Below are positions 20,867 to 29,985 of a stretch of DNA of 64,000 nucleotides, one piece after another; the first letter of the stretch is position 1, and every line of letters starts with the position of its first letter. A program made the position numbers and the translations under genes. The notes under the pieces were generated by a model. The model ran no database searches and was not told the DNA's origin. It saw only the letters and a list, made by a program, of their open reading frames with translations. The stretch covers positions 9,701-73,700 of the forward strand of contig JAISJR010000006.1 in the NCBI GenBank assembly GCA_031261425.1, read 5' to 3'. This DNA comes from Planctomycetota bacterium. Lineage in GTDB: Bacteria; Planctomycetota; SZUA-567.

Positions 20867-21718
20867 TTACCGCTGGATGCCGCCGCCATAATAGCCGTAT
20901 TTAACGCGGAAATTTTCTTGCGCCGCGCTTAATTTTTCCCAAAGATATTTGTCGCCGGACAACGCCGCGGTGATTTTCTCTCGCTCTTCCACGCTTAAAA
21001 AAGTCCGTCCGCCGCTCGGGTCAGCGCTTCTAATGCCGACTTGATAAACGGCGGCGCGATTGAAACTCTGGGCTTGCACCGAAGCGTATTTGGCAAGTTC
21101 GGGATTGACGCCCGCGTTTTTCAATTTTTTTCGCACGTAATCAAAAAGCGCGTCGCGCTCCGCCATACTCTCAAATTCCATATCCGTAAAAAAATTGTCT
21201 TGCACCGTTTCGACGAATTGCCCGTTGCGCTCCGCCACCGTGTGGCTCCAACCCTTGGCGTCGGGAAGCACTCGCGAAATTTCTTGCAATACCTCGCGGT
21301 GATACACCGAGTCGTAAACACCGTTAGGTATGCGCGGGTCGCCGCCGCCGGCGTTCCGCGCGGCAATTTCGGCAAAGTCATAGACCTGGTTTTCGTCGAG
21401 CGTTACCACGTATGCCGGTTCATTCCACAGCGACGGTTTTTCCGCGCTCGCTTCCGGTTTCAACATTCGCAAAATGCTGTGCGTTTTTATATCGCCGCGC
21501 AACGCCGCCGTGATTTCGTCTTTGTTCGCGACGTCGCCGAGAACTTTAACCTTGCCGTTTTCGTCGAGGTCAAGCGAAAACTCGCCTTCGGCTTTGACGC
21601 CGGCGCGTTCCAACACCGCCGCCGCGTGGTCAGCCAAGACGTCTTCGACGCCGCGCGGTTTGACGGTCGCTTGCTTGTAATAATTGACGTAATCGCTCGC
21701 GTTTATGGAGTTAGACAT
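20867..21718 (-). CDS. Hypothetical protein, paralog A of a tandem pair (repeated 'ITAALSGD' motif)
   Basis: 283-aa ORF clearly homologous to 22866..23789 ('LDLDENGKVKVLGD', 'KITAALSGDKYL'). Confidence 0.65.
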   Translation of the reverse strand: MSNSINASDYVNYYKQATVKPRGVEDVLADHAAAVLERAGVKAEGEFSLDLDENGKVKVLGDVANKDEITAALRGDIKTHSILRMLKPEASAEKPSLWNEPAYVVTLDENQVYDFAEIAARNAGGGDPRIPNGVYDSVYHREVLQEISRVLPDAKGWSHTVAERNGQFVETVQDNFFTDMEFESMAERDALFDYVRKKLKNAGVNPELAKYASVQAQSFNRAAVYQVGIRSADPSGGRTFLSVEEREKITAALSGDKYLWEKLSAAQENFRVKYGYYGGGIQR

Positions 21719-21989
21719 TTTCTCGCCTCCTGAATAATTGATTTGATACCATCCTCTTCCGAAGAATAAAACTCTATCGAATTTTTATTACGGAAGAGGA
21801 CAAAATTAGGATAAATAATGAATTTATTTTTCCTGATCGGATACTTGTTTCTCATCTGGCGTATTCGCCGGCGTGAAAATTGGTCTCGCCAGAAAATTAC
21901 GTTTGTCTTCTCTTGACGATAGATTTTTATGTTCGTCGGACAATGAATTTTCAACCACGACAGGTGATTTAGATTCTATGTCTGTCTTT

Positions 21990-22140
21990 CGAGATATACG
22001 GCGGCGCGTTTTGCTTCTTTAATTAAAAATCGGGACCACGTTAAAAAAAAAAGTAAAATTTTTCAGAATGGTTTTTATTGACCGCGCAAGGCGGGGCGAC
22101 CGGCGAAGATTTTATTAAACAGGTCTAATCGCCGAAATTC
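21990..22140. repeat. Duplicated ~150-bp 5' block, copy 1 (second copy at 23829..23975)
   Basis: Near-identical 'cgagatatacggcggcgcgttttgcttctttaattaaaaatcgggaccacgtt...atggtttttattgaccgcgcaaggcggggcgaccggcg'. Confidence 0.75.
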
Positions 22141-22251
22141 GCCAATAAATCGCGATTTATCGTCTTGACAATCGCGGTGTTTATTTATCCAATTCACGCC
22201 TCGTTTTTTCGCGCGAGGATTATTCCGTCCGATAAATACAACGGTAAAAAA

Positions 22252-22560
22252 ATGGAATTTGACGAAGACGAATTTGCGTGGAGCGAGTGGAAAAATCGCG
22301 TTAATCGGCGCAAACACGGAATTTCATTTGCAGAAGCCGTTGAAATTTTTGCCGACCCGCATTTGTTGGAAGTTCCCGACGAGGAACATTCAATCAATGA
22401 GGAACGTTATATTTGTTACGGCTGTATTGATGATTTGATTTTGGCGGTCGTGATTGCCGATACCGGCGAACAGACGCGGCTAATTTCGGCTCGCCGCGCC
22501 TCCCCCCACGAAGAGAAAGTTTATTATGCCTATTACCGCGCCGCGCTTGGCGGAAATTAA
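22252..22560 (+). CDS. brnT: BrnT-like (DUF497) ribonuclease toxin
   Basis: 'MEFDEDEFAWSEWKNRVNRRKHGISFAEAVEIF...ISARRASPHEEKVY' matches the BrnT/DUF497 pattern. Confidence 0.7.
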   Translation: MEFDEDEFAWSEWKNRVNRRKHGISFAEAVEIFADPHLLEVPDEEHSINEERYICYGCIDDLILAVVIADTGEQTRLISARRASPHEEKVYYAYYRAALGGN

Positions 22561-22723
22561 AGCGTTCAAAAATGTCGATTTTTCCGATTGTCCGCCGCTC
22601 ACCGGCGAACAGGCGGCGCGGTTGCGTCCGTCGCGACACCGCGAACGCGCCGCCGCGCATCGTTTAGCGCGGCAAATGGCGGAAGCCGCCGCTTTCGGCA
22701 AAGAGGAGGTCTTACTGCGATAA
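22526..22723 (+). CDS. Putative BrnA-like antitoxin partner (weak)
   Basis: Small ORF overlapping the 3' end of brnT, contains 'KNVDFSD' like BrnA N-termini; start may be TTG 22547. Confidence 0.35.
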   Translation: MPITAPRLAEIKAFKNVDFSDCPPLTGEQAARLRPSRHRERAAAHRLARQMAEAAAFGKEEVLLR

Positions 22724-22740
22724 ATTTAGCGTTTAGCGTT

Positions 22741-22838
22741 AGACAAACACGCCGTCATCGTCTTCGACGCCGCGCGGTTTGGTCGTCGCTTGCTTGTAGT
22801 AATTGACGTAATCGCTCGCGTTTATGACGTTAGACATT
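22741..22838 (-). pseudogene. N-terminal fragment of a third copy of the 20867/22866 paralog family
   Basis: Minus strand encodes 'MSNVINASDYVNYYKQATTKPRGVEDD...', near-identical to paralog A N-terminus including its RBS region, then breaks off. Confidence 0.55.
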
Positions 22839-22865
22839 TTCTCGCCTCCCGAACAACCCGACTTA

Positions 22866-23789
22866 TTACGCCATCTGAATACCGCGCTTACTCACGCCGT
22901 TATGCATTCCGTAAATATCCCGCATTTGGGCGGCATACTTGTTTTGCGCGGACACCAAACTATCAAGAAGATATTTATCGCCGGACAGCGCCGCGGTGAT
23001 TTTTTGCTTTTCGTCGTCGCTCAACGGCGCGTAATGAGCCGCGTTCGCGACGATTTCATAGCGGTCGCTACGCCAATCATAATTGAGGTCTAACGTCGCG
23101 CGCTTGACGACTTCCGCGTCGATACCCGCGTTTTGCAGTTTTTTCAGCGTGTAATCGAAAAGTTTTTCGCGCTCGTCCATACTGTCAAAATCCATTCCCG
23201 CGAAAAAAATGTCTTCCCGCTTTTCCAACCACTGGTCGTTGGCGATGTCATTGACGTTGCGATGTAGCCAGCCGCGGTCTTCGACTTCCCATAAATGTTC
23301 CGGCTGACGTTTTTCCACCTCTTTGAATACTTCTCGCAGGTAATGTTGTTGATACAGTTTGTCCAAAAGCGCGTTGCCGCCGGCGTAAGGCGCCGGCGTA
23401 TCGGCAAGCCGGTGAACGCCCTCGCTGAGGTCAACGATGCTGGAACGCGAGTCCCACAGCGACGCATTTTCTGCGTCCGCCGAATTTTCAACCGCCGGCG
23501 CGGGCTTTAACCAACGCAAAATGCTGAGGGTTTTCATATCGCCGCTCAACGCCGCCGTGATTTCGTCTCGGTTCGCGGCGTCGCCGAGAACTTTGACCTT
23601 GCCGTTTTCGTCGAGGTCAAGCGACAAGTCGCCGGCGTTTTTTATGCCCGCGCGTTCAAGCACCGCATTGACGTGCGCGTTCAAACTTTCTTCGACATTG
23701 CGGTATTGGGACGCCGGTTTTTCGAGAACGGCAAGGACGTAATTGTTCAGATAACCGTTTGCCGCCGGCAACATTTGGTTGGGTATCAT
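22866..23789 (-). CDS. Hypothetical protein, paralog B of tandem pair
   Basis: 307-aa ORF homologous to 20867..21718. Confidence 0.65.
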   Translation of the reverse strand: MIPNQMLPAANGYLNNYVLAVLEKPASQYRNVEESLNAHVNAVLERAGIKNAGDLSLDLDENGKVKVLGDAANRDEITAALSGDMKTLSILRWLKPAPAVENSADAENASLWDSRSSIVDLSEGVHRLADTPAPYAGGNALLDKLYQQHYLREVFKEVEKRQPEHLWEVEDRGWLHRNVNDIANDQWLEKREDIFFAGMDFDSMDEREKLFDYTLKKLQNAGIDAEVVKRATLDLNYDWRSDRYEIVANAAHYAPLSDDEKQKITAALSGDKYLLDSLVSAQNKYAAQMRDIYGMHNGVSKRGIQMA

Positions 23790-23960
23790 TGTTGTTTCTC
23801 CTCCGCCGAAAAAATCAACCCCATCAACGAGATATACGGCGGCGCGTTTTGCTTCTTTAATTAAAAATCGGGACCACGTTAAAAAAAATTAAAATTTTTC
23901 AGAATGGTTTTTATTGACCGCGCAAGGCGGGGCGACCGGCGGAGATTTTATTAAACCGGG

Positions 23961-25613
23961 CTAATCGCCAATCAGCCGCGCCATCGTCGTCAGCGCGGTC
24001 AAGCCGTAGGCGCGGGCGACTTCCGACAGGCGCGTCAGCGCGGCGGCGCGGGCGTTTTTGTCCGGCGCGTCGATGACGGTTTGCAAAATTTCCAGCGCGT
24101 AGCCGTAAGCCCACGCCGCCCGCAAGTCGTTCGCGGCGGGATTAACCGCGCTCGCCGCCGGACGAAAATAAAATTCGCGCGGCGCGGCGTTCAAACCCGC
24201 CACACGAATAACGGCGCGCTCGCTCAACGCCCCGCGCCCGCGCAATATAAGCGGTTGTCCCCGATACAAATTCGGCAACACCCGCGGAAAAACCGCATCG
24301 GTGCCGGTGCAATTCGCCGCGCAAGCGAACAACACCGGCGCTTCGTAGGCGCGAAAAAAATCCCGCATTTCCGCCGCCGCCGTCGCCGTCGAAGTTTGCC
24401 GCCGGAAAAAACCGCGCGACCGATACGCCAACAATTCCAACAAATCCGCCCTGCCCTTGTCGCCGACCATAAACGTAAAAATCGAAAAATGGTCGCGTTG
24501 CGCGCGGCTAAAATCCTTGACCAACTGCCGGACTTCCTTCACCCCGTAATTGGCGAAGCCGTCCGTGATTAAAAATATGTTGCACGGGCGTCCGTCGTCG
24601 CTCTGCCGCGCCAAAATCATCTGCGTAACGCGGAACAAATCCGTCATATACTCGCCGCTCGGACGCGAGAAAAATCTTGACAAACTCGCCGGTATTTCTC
24701 CGGCGGGCAAAAAGTCGGGACTGAACCGATGCACGCGCTCGCTGAATTTGACGACGTTCCAGCGGTCGCCCGCCGGCAAAGTTTGCAGATAATCGCCAAT
24801 CGCCTCGCGCATCGCGCGAATGGCGTCCGACGAAATGCTTTGACTCACGTCCAACAAAAACAACACGTCTTTGGCTAACGCCGGCAACGCGCTGTCCGCG
24901 CGCACCGTCAGCGACAATTGAAAATACGGCGACGGGTCGGCGGCGGTCGGCGGCGCGTAAAAAAGTTGCGCCGTCAAATCGTTTTCGAGCGACCGGCGCT
25001 CAGACACGGGCGGCGGCAACACCGGCATCGGCGCGGCGGGCTGAAAATCGGGCTGAACATCAAACTGAAAATTTTCCGGCGACGGCGGCGACGGCGGCGG
25101 CAACGCGAAAACCGGCGCCGACCAATGCAACGGCGGCGGCGGATTGTCGTTCCGCCCGGACAAGACCAACTGTTTTTCCACCGGCGCGAGGTATGAATCG
25201 GTCGCCGGACGGCGCAGTTCCGGCGACGCGACGACCGGCGCGGGCAACCAATTTTTTCCCGCCGCCGCCGGCGGCAGATTTAACGCCGGTAACGGCGGCA
25301 CGGCTAACGCCGCGGGCATGGCGACCGGCGGCAATTCCGGCAAATGCGCGGCGGGAAGCGACGGTAAGTTTTCCGCCGCGCGATAATTGCCCTGATAAAA
25401 ATTTTCCGGCAACGCGGGCGCGGTCAACGCGGGCGCGGGCGAAGCGGGCGGGGGCGGAAGCGGCGTTAAATCGACGGCGAAAAGACGCTCGACCTGAACG
25501 CGAAAATTATCCACGTCCCACATCACCCAATAACCGGCGAGCAACAATAAAACGGTCATCGCCGCGAGCGCGGCGCCGAACGCGACGGCGGCATCGGAAC
25601 GAGGGGCAGGCAT
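23961..25613 (-). CDS. von Willebrand factor type A domain membrane protein with Pro-rich linker
   Basis: N-terminal TM; MIDAS 'DVSQSIS' (DxSxS) and VWA fold. Confidence 0.75.
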   Translation of the reverse strand: MPAPRSDAAVAFGAALAAMTVLLLLAGYWVMWDVDNFRVQVERLFAVDLTPLPPPPASPAPALTAPALPENFYQGNYRAAENLPSLPAAHLPELPPVAMPAALAVPPLPALNLPPAAAGKNWLPAPVVASPELRRPATDSYLAPVEKQLVLSGRNDNPPPPLHWSAPVFALPPPSPPSPENFQFDVQPDFQPAAPMPVLPPPVSERRSLENDLTAQLFYAPPTAADPSPYFQLSLTVRADSALPALAKDVLFLLDVSQSISSDAIRAMREAIGDYLQTLPAGDRWNVVKFSERVHRFSPDFLPAGEIPASLSRFFSRPSGEYMTDLFRVTQMILARQSDDGRPCNIFLITDGFANYGVKEVRQLVKDFSRAQRDHFSIFTFMVGDKGRADLLELLAYRSRGFFRRQTSTATAAAEMRDFFRAYEAPVLFACAANCTGTDAVFPRVLPNLYRGQPLILRGRGALSERAVIRVAGLNAAPREFYFRPAASAVNPAANDLRAAWAYGYALEILQTVIDAPDKNARAAALTRLSEVARAYGLTALTTMARLIGD

Positions 25614-25795
25614 TGCGGGGCATCTCCGAATGAGCGGTGGGTTTTCCTCGCCAAAATTGCGCGAAAAAAATCAATTTTTTTTATTCGGTAACGGTTGAAT
25701 CGGCGTCGGACAATCTTACACTTCGCGCCCGTTTTGCGGGGACATTACCGTTTGTTTTTTAACCGAGTTATCTTTCAGGAAAGAGGGTATTATCT

Positions 25796-26014
25796 ATGGC
25801 TACCACCAAAAAAACGCCGGCGGCAAAAGCCCCCGCGAAAAAAACAGCGGCGACGAAAGCGCCCGCGAAAAAAGTAGCGGCGGCAAAAGCCCCCGCGAAA
25901 AAAGCGACCGCCAAAGCGCCGGTCAAGAAAGTCGAAAAGAAAGTGGAAAAAGTCGCCGCGTCCAAAGCGCCGGCGAAAAAATGCACGACCTCCTGCGGTT
26001 GCAAAAAGAAATAA
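25796..26014 (+). CDS. Histone H1-like Lys/Ala-rich nucleoid protein (KAPAKK repeats)
   Basis: RBS 'aaagaggg' before ATG; 'TKKTPAAKAPAKKTAATKAPAKKVAAAKAPAKKATAKAPVKK'; followed by a terminator at 26037. Confidence 0.6.
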   Translation: MATTKKTPAAKAPAKKTAATKAPAKKVAAAKAPAKKATAKAPVKKVEKKVEKVAASKAPAKKCTTSCGCKKK

Positions 26015-26036
26015 TTTTTTGCGACGCCGCAAAACA

Positions 26037-26072
26037 AACCCGCGCCGATGTCCCCCGGCGCGTTTTTTGTTG
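26037..26072 (+). terminator. Rho-independent terminator
   Basis: 'cgcgccgatgtcccccggcgcg' stem followed by 'ttttttgtt'. Confidence 0.7.
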
Positions 26073-26094
26073 GTTGGAGTTGACCCTCTAAATA

Positions 26095-26212
26095 CGAATT
26101 AAAAATTACAAATTAAAAATTAAAAATGATGGAGTTTGATTTTCAAATTGCGCGAAACGAATTTGAGAATCAAACTCCGCAATTTTTAATTGTGAATTTT
26201 TAATTGTGAATT
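26095..26212. repeat. R2 element (complete)
   Basis: 'aattaaaaattacaaattaaaaattaaaaat' - 'ggagtttgattttcaaattgcgcgaaacgaatttgagaatcaaactcc' - 'gcaatttttaattgtgaatttttaattgtgaatt'. Confidence 0.8.
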
Positions 26213-26215
26213 GCC

Positions 26216-27307
26216 CTACCCGAATTTTCCGCTCGCGATTTTGCCGAAACATTCCAACAACTTCGCCGAGACGACGCGCGAGGAAAATTCTTTTTCGACG
26301 CGCGAGCGCGCGTTATACGCCAGCGCCGCCCGCTTCGGCGGATTTTTCAGCAAGTCGCTAATCGCCTCGCTCATCGCTTTCGCGTCCTGACTTTTCACCA
26401 ACAAACCGGTTTCGCCGTCTTTGACCAAATCGAAAATGCCGCCCACGCCGCTCGCCACCACCGGCACGCCGCTCGCCATCGCCTGCAACACCGACAAGCC
26501 GAACCCCTCGCGATGCGTCGGCTCCACAAAAACGTCGATGTTCATCAGATTGTGCGAGCCGCCCATCGTGCTGAACGAAAACGTCAGCCGGTTGTCGATG
26601 CCAAGACCCCCGGCTTCGTCGCGCAAATACTGTTTGTCCGCGCCCTCGCCCATAATCAAAAATTCGACGTCAAAGCCCTGCGCAATCACTAACGCCGCCG
26701 CTTTGAGAAAATCGCGTTGCCCTTTGTTTTCGGCTAACGTGCCGTAAGTGCCGACGACCAACGTCCGCGTTTTTTGGTCCGCGTTGACGAGCAGACGCGA
26801 CGGGGACGCCGGAAACTGCCGCAGGTCCAAACCGTTCGGCACGATAAAAATGCGCTCTTCCGGCAGACGCAAATGCAAAATCAGCGGCGTGCGAATCGCG
26901 TCCGACAAGGCGACGACGCCCCAGTTGACTTGATTCAACGGCAGTTTGCGCAGATATTTTTCGCCGTCGGTGCGGTTGACCGTCAGCGCCAGCGGCGCGC
27001 CGCAACGCTTCGCGACGGGGACGCCGAGCGCCGCGACTTCGACGCAAGTCGTGTTGACGATTTCCGGCTTAAACGCGCGCGTTAGTTTGCGCCCGCGCCA
27101 GTCGAACCAGCCGCCGAGTCCGGGCAGGACGTATTCGGAAATTTTGCGCGCGTCGATTTGGCGGAACATTCCGACCCGCTCGCCGCCGCGCGGCGCGACG
27201 ACCATTATTTCACAACCGGCGGCGACTAAATCCGGCAACAGATTCAGCGTGGCGAACGCCGCGCCGGAGAGACCGAAATCGGGAAGGATTTGCAGGATGC
27301 GCTTCAT
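26216..27307 (-). CDS. Glycosyltransferase family 4
   Basis: GT4 C-terminal fold ('...EGFGLSVLQAMASGVPVVAS...'). Confidence 0.8.
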   Translation of the reverse strand: MKRILQILPDFGLSGAAFATLNLLPDLVAAGCEIMVVAPRGGERVGMFRQIDARKISEYVLPGLGGWFDWRGRKLTRAFKPEIVNTTCVEVAALGVPVAKRCGAPLALTVNRTDGEKYLRKLPLNQVNWGVVALSDAIRTPLILHLRLPEERIFIVPNGLDLRQFPASPSRLLVNADQKTRTLVVGTYGTLAENKGQRDFLKAAALVIAQGFDVEFLIMGEGADKQYLRDEAGGLGIDNRLTFSFSTMGGSHNLMNIDVFVEPTHREGFGLSVLQAMASGVPVVASGVGGIFDLVKDGETGLLVKSQDAKAMSEAISDLLKNPPKRAALAYNARSRVEKEFSSRVVSAKLLECFGKIASGKFG

Positions 27308-27387
27308 AGGTAGAGTTTTTTTTTAGAGTTTAGAGTTGAGATCTGAGAGTTGAGAGTTAAGAGTGATGACGTTTGGCGTTCGACTAA

Positions 27388-27510
27388 TGAATTAAAAATT
27401 ACAAATTAAAAATTAAAAATTTCGGATTGATTATCAAAATTGCGCAAAGCGAATTTGAAAATCAAACTCCGTCATTTTTAATTTTTAATTTTTAATTTGT
27501 AATTGGAAAC
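27388..27510. repeat. R2 element (complete), preceded by an R1 heptamer arm 27309-27367
   Basis: Same arms and hairpin core as 26095. Confidence 0.8.
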
Positions 27511-27513
27511 GCT

Positions 27514-28284
27514 CTAACCGTCGTCGGACAAAATGACTTCCGCCGCCGCGTCGCCCATAATTTGGCGGATTTGGGCGGCGGTCGCTTCGGCGCGCGCGCT
27601 GACATAATACTCGATGCCGCCGGCTTCCGACCAATGATTTGCCGCGAGCAACCGTTTTACCTGTCGCGCAATCGCCGGCGCGGGGTCGATGAGATTGATT
27701 GACCGACCGGCGACTTCGCGAATCAGCGGCGCAATCAGCGGGTAATGCGTGCACGCCAAAACCAATTGGTCAACGCCCGCCGCGCGGAGCGGCGCGAGCC
27801 ATTTTTCCAACGCCGGACGCAACTCGTCCGCCGCGCCGTTTTCAATCATCGTCGCGAGCGCCGGACAGACCTGCTCGAAAATTTTTACGCCGCCGGCGAA
27901 CCGCTCGACGACGCCGGCGTAAGGCGCGCCGCGCAACGTGCCGGGCGTGGCTAAAATGCCGATTTTACCGGCGCGGGTTTTCGCCGCCGCCGGTTTGATT
28001 GCCGGCTCCATCCCGACGAACAGCGTTTGCGGAAATTCCCGGCGCAACGGATACAGCGCCGCCGCCGTCGCCGTGTTGCAGGCGATGACCACGATTTTGA
28101 CGCCGCGCGCCAGCAAGAATTGCGTGATGCGCCGCGCGAGAATTAAAATCTCGGCGAAGTCGCGCTCGCCGTAGGGCATCCGCGCGGTGTCGGCAAAATA
28201 CCGCAGACGCTCGCGCGGCAGTTCGCGCCGGATTTCCCGCAACACCGACAAACCGCCGATGCCGGAATCAAAAACGCCAATCAT
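27514..28284 (-). CDS. murI: Glutamate racemase
   Basis: 'IGVFDSGIGGLSVL', 'VIACNTA', 'LACTHYP' motifs. Confidence 0.9.
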   Translation of the reverse strand: MIGVFDSGIGGLSVLREIRRELPRERLRYFADTARMPYGERDFAEILILARRITQFLLARGVKIVVIACNTATAAALYPLRREFPQTLFVGMEPAIKPAAAKTRAGKIGILATPGTLRGAPYAGVVERFAGGVKIFEQVCPALATMIENGAADELRPALEKWLAPLRAAGVDQLVLACTHYPLIAPLIREVAGRSINLIDPAPAIARQVKRLLAANHWSEAGGIEYYVSARAEATAAQIRQIMGDAAAEVILSDDG

Positions 28285-28290
28285 TTTTGT

Positions 28291-28446
28291 CAGAGTTGAG
28301 AGTTTAGAGTTCAGAGTTGAGAGTTGAAAGTTTAGAGTTGAAAGTTGAAAAAAAGGATTAGGGGCAAGGGTTAGGGGTTAGAGGCGAAATTGCCCCCCTG
28401 TTCTCTCTCTTAACTCTCAACTCTAAACTCTCAACTCTGAACTCTC
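28291..28446. repeat. R1 heptamer-array palindrome with G-rich variable core
   Basis: Left '(agagttg/agagttt/agagttc)n', right '(caactct/aaactct)n', core 'aggattaggggcaagggttaggggttagagg...cccccc'. Confidence 0.8.
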
Positions 28447-28695
28447 CAATTGGCTCATCATCGCGTCCACGCTCGCGAAAACCGGCTGTTTTCCCGCCGC
28501 GATTTCCTTTCGCAAAGCGTTTATTTCTCCGCCTATGGTGTCGAGATACTTTTTCGGATACACCACGACCGGCATCGCCCAAATAACCCCGTCTTTTTCA
28601 AAAAAATCCAATTTGTCGCCAATGGTCAAACCCAATTTGGCGACAATTTCTTCCGGCAGAGTAATTTGCGATTTCGAGCATAATTCCGCGATCAT
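28423..28695 (-). CDS. AbrB/MazE/SpoVT-type swapped-hairpin DNA-binding protein (small)
   Basis: 'SKSQITLPEEIVAKLGLTIGDKLDFFEKDGVI' AbrB-fold signature; C-terminal ~8 aa and stop are encoded inside the R1 repeat. Confidence 0.55.
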   Translation of the reverse strand: MIAELCSKSQITLPEEIVAKLGLTIGDKLDFFEKDGVIWAMPVVVYPKKYLDTIGGEINALRKEIAAGKQPVFASVDAMMSQLESSELRV

Positions 28696-28748
28696 AATTG
28701 TCTCCTCCCGCCTCTAAACTTTCAACTCTCGACTCTCAACTCTGAACG

Positions 28749-29852
28749 CTAATCCACCACCAAGTCCGCCTGAATCGCGTCGGCGCGTTTGAGTTCGACT
28801 AAAATGTTGATGACGTCCTCGGTGGTGCAACGCATCGCCATCAACGTATCGACCAACGATTGCAACGACCGCCGCCCGCTCCCGCCGGATTCGTTGTGTC
28901 CGAACAAATCAACGAGCGCGCGCGGCGTGTCGTTTTCGAGCGTGTAAGCCGGCGGGCGATTTTCGCCGCCGTCCTGCAACGTAACGGTGCGCCCCTGATA
29001 GGTGATGAAGCCGGGCTGAATCCCGATGTTGCCGGTAATCACCGCCGCGCCGGTCGAGCGGTTGATGCGAATCCGCGCCACCGCTTCAATCGGCACTTCG
29101 CCGTCCAAAATCGCCGCGATGTAATCGACTTTGCGCTTCATATATTGGTCGGGAATCCGCACCAGCACCATTCCGGCGTCAATCGCTTTCGCCACTTTCG
29201 GCGTGTTGTCGGCGCCGTCGCTCGAAAAGCCGGTTTGTTGCTGATAGTTCGGATTGGTTTTCGGGTCTTTGTTGATGTTGTTCTCAATCATCATCGCGTC
29301 CATATAGTTCGGCGATTTCAGCACCAAACGGAAAAAACCGTTTTGGTCCACGACCGTCCGGTTGAGCATTTCGCCGTTCAGCACCTGCCCGCCTTCCTGC
29401 ACGATGCCAATCGTCGGCGTGCCGCCGACCATCACCCGCCCGCTCGCCCACACCAACGCCTGCTCGTCCTCGGAGCGGAATTTTAGCGACGTGCCTTTCA
29501 GCGAGCCGTCGCGAAGATTGCTCGCGTCGCCAATCGAACTGACGCGAATCGGAATCCGGTCGCCGGGGCGGGCGAACGGCTGAATTTCGGCTTCAATCCG
29601 CACGACGGCGATATTTTTCAATTTCAAATCGGTGGTCGAAAAATTGAAATTATTCGCCGCGAAATACTTCTGCAACATAATGCCGGCGTTCTTGGCGCTG
29701 TCGCCGGTGCCGTTCAGTCCGACGACGATGCCGATGCCCTCGACGTGCATCGGGTCGGCGTTGAGCAAGCGGCAGACCTGCCGGATTTTTTGCGCGTTCG
29801 CCGCCGGCGCGACGGCGCACAGCAAGAGCAAGATGATGAGGTAGCGTTTCAT
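28749..29852 (-). CDS. flgI: Flagellar P-ring protein FlgI
   Basis: Signal peptide; 'GIVVGLNGTGD' and full-length FlgI similarity. Confidence 0.9.
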   Translation of the reverse strand: MKRYLIILLLLCAVAPAANAQKIRQVCRLLNADPMHVEGIGIVVGLNGTGDSAKNAGIMLQKYFAANNFNFSTTDLKLKNIAVVRIEAEIQPFARPGDRIPIRVSSIGDASNLRDGSLKGTSLKFRSEDEQALVWASGRVMVGGTPTIGIVQEGGQVLNGEMLNRTVVDQNGFFRLVLKSPNYMDAMMIENNINKDPKTNPNYQQQTGFSSDGADNTPKVAKAIDAGMVLVRIPDQYMKRKVDYIAAILDGEVPIEAVARIRINRSTGAAVITGNIGIQPGFITYQGRTVTLQDGGENRPPAYTLENDTPRALVDLFGHNESGGSGRRSLQSLVDTLMAMRCTTEDVINILVELKRADAIQADLVVD

Positions 29853-29871
29853 CGTGAAATCCTTTTCCATA

Positions 29872-29985
29872 CAGAGTTAAGCGTTGAGAGTTTAGAGTTG
29901 AGCAGAGGTCGCGCTTCGCGCATTATTAAAATAACTCCACTGCTCAACTCTCAACTCTCAACTCTCAACTCTAAACTCTACTCTT
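29872..29985. repeat. R1 heptamer-array palindrome (canonical core)
   Basis: 'agagtttagagttgagcagaggtcgcgcttcgcgcattattaaaataactccactgctcaactctcaactct...'. Confidence 0.85.

Noticed and set aside
20660-20932. ORFs 20660..20932 + and 20671..20889 -
   Set aside because: They lie entirely within the decayed R3 element.
22526-22723. Confident BrnA call for the ORF overlapping brnT
   Set aside because: Only the N-terminal 'DFS' segment resembles BrnA and no C-terminal RHH-like region is evident. Kept as a low-confidence putative partner.
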